From: a virus
Lineage: Duplodnaviria > Caudoviricetes
Length of the DNA stretch: 55,206 nucleotides
Strand: one strand, 5' to 3'
IMG/VR virus record: IMGVR_UViG_3300037478_000238
Location: 1 to 55,206 of that record
Shown here: positions 52,811-55,206 of the stretch, piece after piece
How positions within the stretch are numbered: the first letter of the stretch is position 1
Layout of the letters: each line of letters starts with the position of its first letter
The notes under the pieces: generated by a model
Database searches by the model: none
What the model was told of the DNA's origin: nothing
Seen by the model: only the letters and a program-made list of their open reading frames with translations
Position numbers and translations under genes: made by a program

Positions 52811-53153
52811 CACGCACCTCCCGTTCCAGCTGCGCAATCTCCGCCTCAAGGCGCCGACGCTCCGCCTCAAGGCGCTGGTGCTCCGAGCGCAGCTTCTCGG
52901 TGCCGGTGTGCGCGAACATCAGTATCACCGGCAGTGCCACCGGCCAGGTCACCAGGCATGCGACGCTGGCCCTGACGGCACGGGCGAATGGGCCGGTCCA
53001 CCCGTTCTCCACCGTGTACCGGCGGTTGTACTGATCTTTGCGGTCAACAAGGCCGCGCCGGGGCTGGTCGCCGAGGATGTGCACAAACACGGCCCGGCCG
53101 ATGATGGCGCCGACCAGTAGCCAACCCCAAATGGCCAATAGTGTGATCATCAC
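52803..53153 (-). CDS. Membrane protein with C-terminal coiled coil
   Basis: Two TM helices, WPVALP; AGGAGG RBS. Confidence 0.6.
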   Translation of the reverse strand: MMITLLAIWGWLLVGAIIGRAVFVHILGDQPRRGLVDRKDQYNRRYTVENGWTGPFARAVRASVACLVTWPVALPVILMFAHTGTEKLRSEHQRLEAERRRLEAEIAQLEREVRDA

Positions 53154-54478
53154 CGGCTCTTGACCTCCTCTCCGGTGGCCCTGGTGACCTCCCGGACGAT
53201 CTCGGTCGCTTCCCGCACGCTGATCATCCCCATGGGTGTGTCGCTCTCACCGAGTAGCGCCCGGGCGGCGTCCTCACCAGCCTTTGCCCGTTCCTGCGCC
53301 CGGATGACGGCTATCAGCCGATCCGCCTCTTCACGCGTGCCACGCTGGTCCGGCGCCAGCCACCCGGCGGCGGTAAGCGCGTCCAGCACGGCGGTGGCGG
53401 TCCGGTGGCAGCCGTGGTTCTGTTCCTGGGCGTGGCGGATGGCGGCGGCGGCCAGGTCCCGGTCGGTGGGTGTCCAGCGGGGGCCGGTAGGGCCGGGCGC
53501 TGCGGTGGCGTCTCCGGCCGGCACGGACTGGCTCACGGCCAACTCCCGCTCCCACTCGGCCAGCTGGCGCTCCGGTGGGTCGGCGAGGAAGGCATCAGCC
53601 GGTGCCGGGTCTCCGTCGTCGAAGTGACGCGGCTCGCTGTCCGGCTCCGGGCCGCAGCCGGCGCACAGGCCAGCTGCATCCACTTGGCTGCTCCGGTTGT
53701 CGCATCCACGGCATAACGGCAGCGAGGCCGGGCCGACCAGCGCCAGCAACGTCATAACGGAAGTTGGCCGAGCCCACGGGGTGATCTTGCCCGTCTCGAT
53801 CCGGTGCGCATCGATCTCCAACACGTCGGCAAAGTATCGTGATACCTCTGCGGTTTTCGTGTTTTTGACAGCCTCCCACCGTGGGGCGGCCTCGCGGAGC
53901 TGGTTGGCCTCCCACCGCAGCGACCCGGCCCACACGCGACGACAAAACGCATCTTCCAGCACCACCATAAGATCTGGCGGTCCGCCGTGCAGGAGGCCGT
54001 CAGCAGCGGCCGGGTCCGGGCAGTCTGGTCGCGCACAGGTGACATGGCCATCGACGGCCAGGAACAGGCCACTGCCACGGCATGCGGGGCAGTGGCCGGC
54101 TACCAGCGGCATGCCCTGGCCAGGTCCGGACGCGTGAGTCACCAGTGCCGACGTTGACGGGGTAACCGGTGTGGACTGGGTGGCCCAGTCGGGCAGTGGC
54201 ATGGTCATCAGGTCTCCCCTCGGGAGGTCGGTGATCTCGAAAGCGACGGCCAGCGCCGCGCCGACGCGGGTGAACGTGTAACCACAGTCACCCCACAGGT
54301 GCCAGCGGCCCTGGACCTTACCGGGCAGCGACGGATGGTCGAGTGGCACCGTGACGCCGTAGCGGGTGACGTCCCAGCGCCAGCGACGGAAGCGGGCCAG
54401 CCGGTGACAGTGTGGCGCGGAGGCCACTCGGCTGATGCGGGCCTCGAAAACCCGCTGGTACGGGTCCGGGATAGTCAT
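53150..54478 (-). CDS. Mosaic hypothetical protein with a second in-frame start at 54208
   Basis: Identical RBS+ATG units at 54478 and 54208; CPAC..C...CPDP and CRGC..C..C motifs. Confidence 0.6.
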   Translation of the reverse strand: MTIPDPYQRVFEARISRVASAPHCHRLARFRRWRWDVTRYGVTVPLDHPSLPGKVQGRWHLWGDCGYTFTRVGAALAVAFEITDLPRGDLMTMPLPDWATQSTPVTPSTSALVTHASGPGQGMPLVAGHCPACRGSGLFLAVDGHVTCARPDCPDPAAADGLLHGGPPDLMVVLEDAFCRRVWAGSLRWEANQLREAAPRWEAVKNTKTAEVSRYFADVLEIDAHRIETGKITPWARPTSVMTLLALVGPASLPLCRGCDNRSSQVDAAGLCAGCGPEPDSEPRHFDDGDPAPADAFLADPPERQLAEWERELAVSQSVPAGDATAAPGPTGPRWTPTDRDLAAAAIRHAQEQNHGCHRTATAVLDALTAAGWLAPDQRGTREEADRLIAVIRAQERAKAGEDAARALLGESDTPMGMISVREATEIVREVTRATGEEVKSR

Positions 54479-54494
54479 CAGGTCTCCCCTCGGG
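54204..54494 (-). repeat. 21-bp direct repeat (54204..54224 and 54474..54494) containing RBS and start codon
   Basis: CCCGAGGGGAGACCTGATGAC twice, 270 bp apart. Confidence 0.9.
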
Positions 54495-54747
54495 TCAGGT
54501 TGACCTTGACCACCAGTCCCCTGCGGGCGACGTCGGTCAGTGTGTCGGTCAGTTCCTGTCGGGTGTCGTACTCGGCCCGAAGCAGGGCACATCCGGCAAG
54601 GCCGCCGCAGTCGGACCGGTCTGGGTGCACGGTGTCATGGGCGCGGACCATGTTCGTGTGGTCATACAGGTGCTGGTTGATGATGTTGGTGATGTTGGTG
54701 ATGTTGGTGATGGTCGCCTGGACGGTGATGGTCCCGTCCCCGGTCAT
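54478..54747 (-). CDS. Hypothetical protein with (ITN)3 repeat
   Basis: ATGA and TGATG overlaps; 9-bp tandem repeat 54682..54708. Confidence 0.6.
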   Translation of the reverse strand: MTGDGTITVQATITNITNITNIINQHLYDHTNMVRAHDTVHPDRSDCGGLAGCALLRAEYDTRQELTDTLTDVARRGLVVKVNLTRGET

Positions 54748-55049
54748 CCTTGCCGCCGTCGACCGTCGCGGATATAGGTAGCGCCCAGCTCGGCCAGGTG
54801 CAGCCACAGGTCCGTGATCAGCTCCCGGTCGTTTTCAAGGCCGATCAGGCTGCGGCCATGCATCGTTGGTGCGACGATGCGCGCGGCTGTGTCGAGTGCC
54901 TGGGCACGGAACTCTTGTTCCGGGGTCATTGTCTCGGCGATCAGCCGTTGTAGCCGGTCGTGTTCGTATTCCAGCTTGTCTAGCTTGGCTGCGACGGTGT
55001 CGAGAATTTCCAGGTACTTGTCGAGGTTGATCTGTTCGCCCATCCTCAT
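54744..55049 (-). CDS. Hypothetical early protein
   Basis: Same RBS and MRMGEQ start as the left terminal gene. Confidence 0.75.
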   Translation of the reverse strand: MRMGEQINLDKYLEILDTVAAKLDKLEYEHDRLQRLIAETMTPEQEFRAQALDTAARIVAPTMHGRSLIGLENDRELITDLWLHLAELGATYIRDGRRRQG

Positions 55050-55080
55050 TCTCCTTTCTGCCGGCCTGCTACCTGTCCGT

Positions 55081-55206
55081 CTGCCGGTGCGCCACCTGTC
55101 CATCTGCCGGGGGTGTGCCCGGGTCCCAGCGATGGTACAGGGGGACCTGCCCCTTATCTTACCCCCTCCCTCCCAACTTGTCCAGGTGGGGACTGCTGGC
55201 CGGCGG
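55081..55206. repeat. Right terminal inverted repeat (126 bp) with promoter copy at 55156..55184
   Basis: Exact reverse complement of 1..126. Confidence 0.97.

Overview
This window looks like a complete linear genome (55,206 bp) of a GC-rich actinobacterial siphophage, with perfect 126-bp terminal inverted repeats (TIRs), each carrying an inward-facing sigma70-type promoter. Layout: (1) left early arm on + (WhiB, MazG-like, Fic, RNA ligase, SPFH, a sortase-anchored ComEA-like protein, SLOG); (2) replication module on - (primase-helicase, SSB-like, Cas4-type exonuclease, HTH); (3) virion operon on + resembling mycobacteriophage cluster B (terminase, portal, MuF, maturation protease in two ORFs, hexamer and pentamer capsid proteins, major tail, a six-gene glycan-modification cassette, tape measure, minor tails); (4) right arm on - (many small ORFs, ParB-like protein, resolvase, lysis genes). 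The most striking part is a 4.6-kb opposite-strand island between the protease and capsid genes, bounded by a 16-bp palindromic direct repeat. It encodes DUF397, Ro60/TROVE, a metallophosphoesterase, seven tRNAs and at least three Y RNAs that share one scaffold but carry different inserts: a permuted tRNA, a non-permuted D/anticodon/T-arm module, and a minimal hairpin. Further structured small-RNA candidates lie among them. I found no integrase, protein-primed polymerase, protelomerase or CRISPR array. All family calls are by-eye motif recognition, not database searches.
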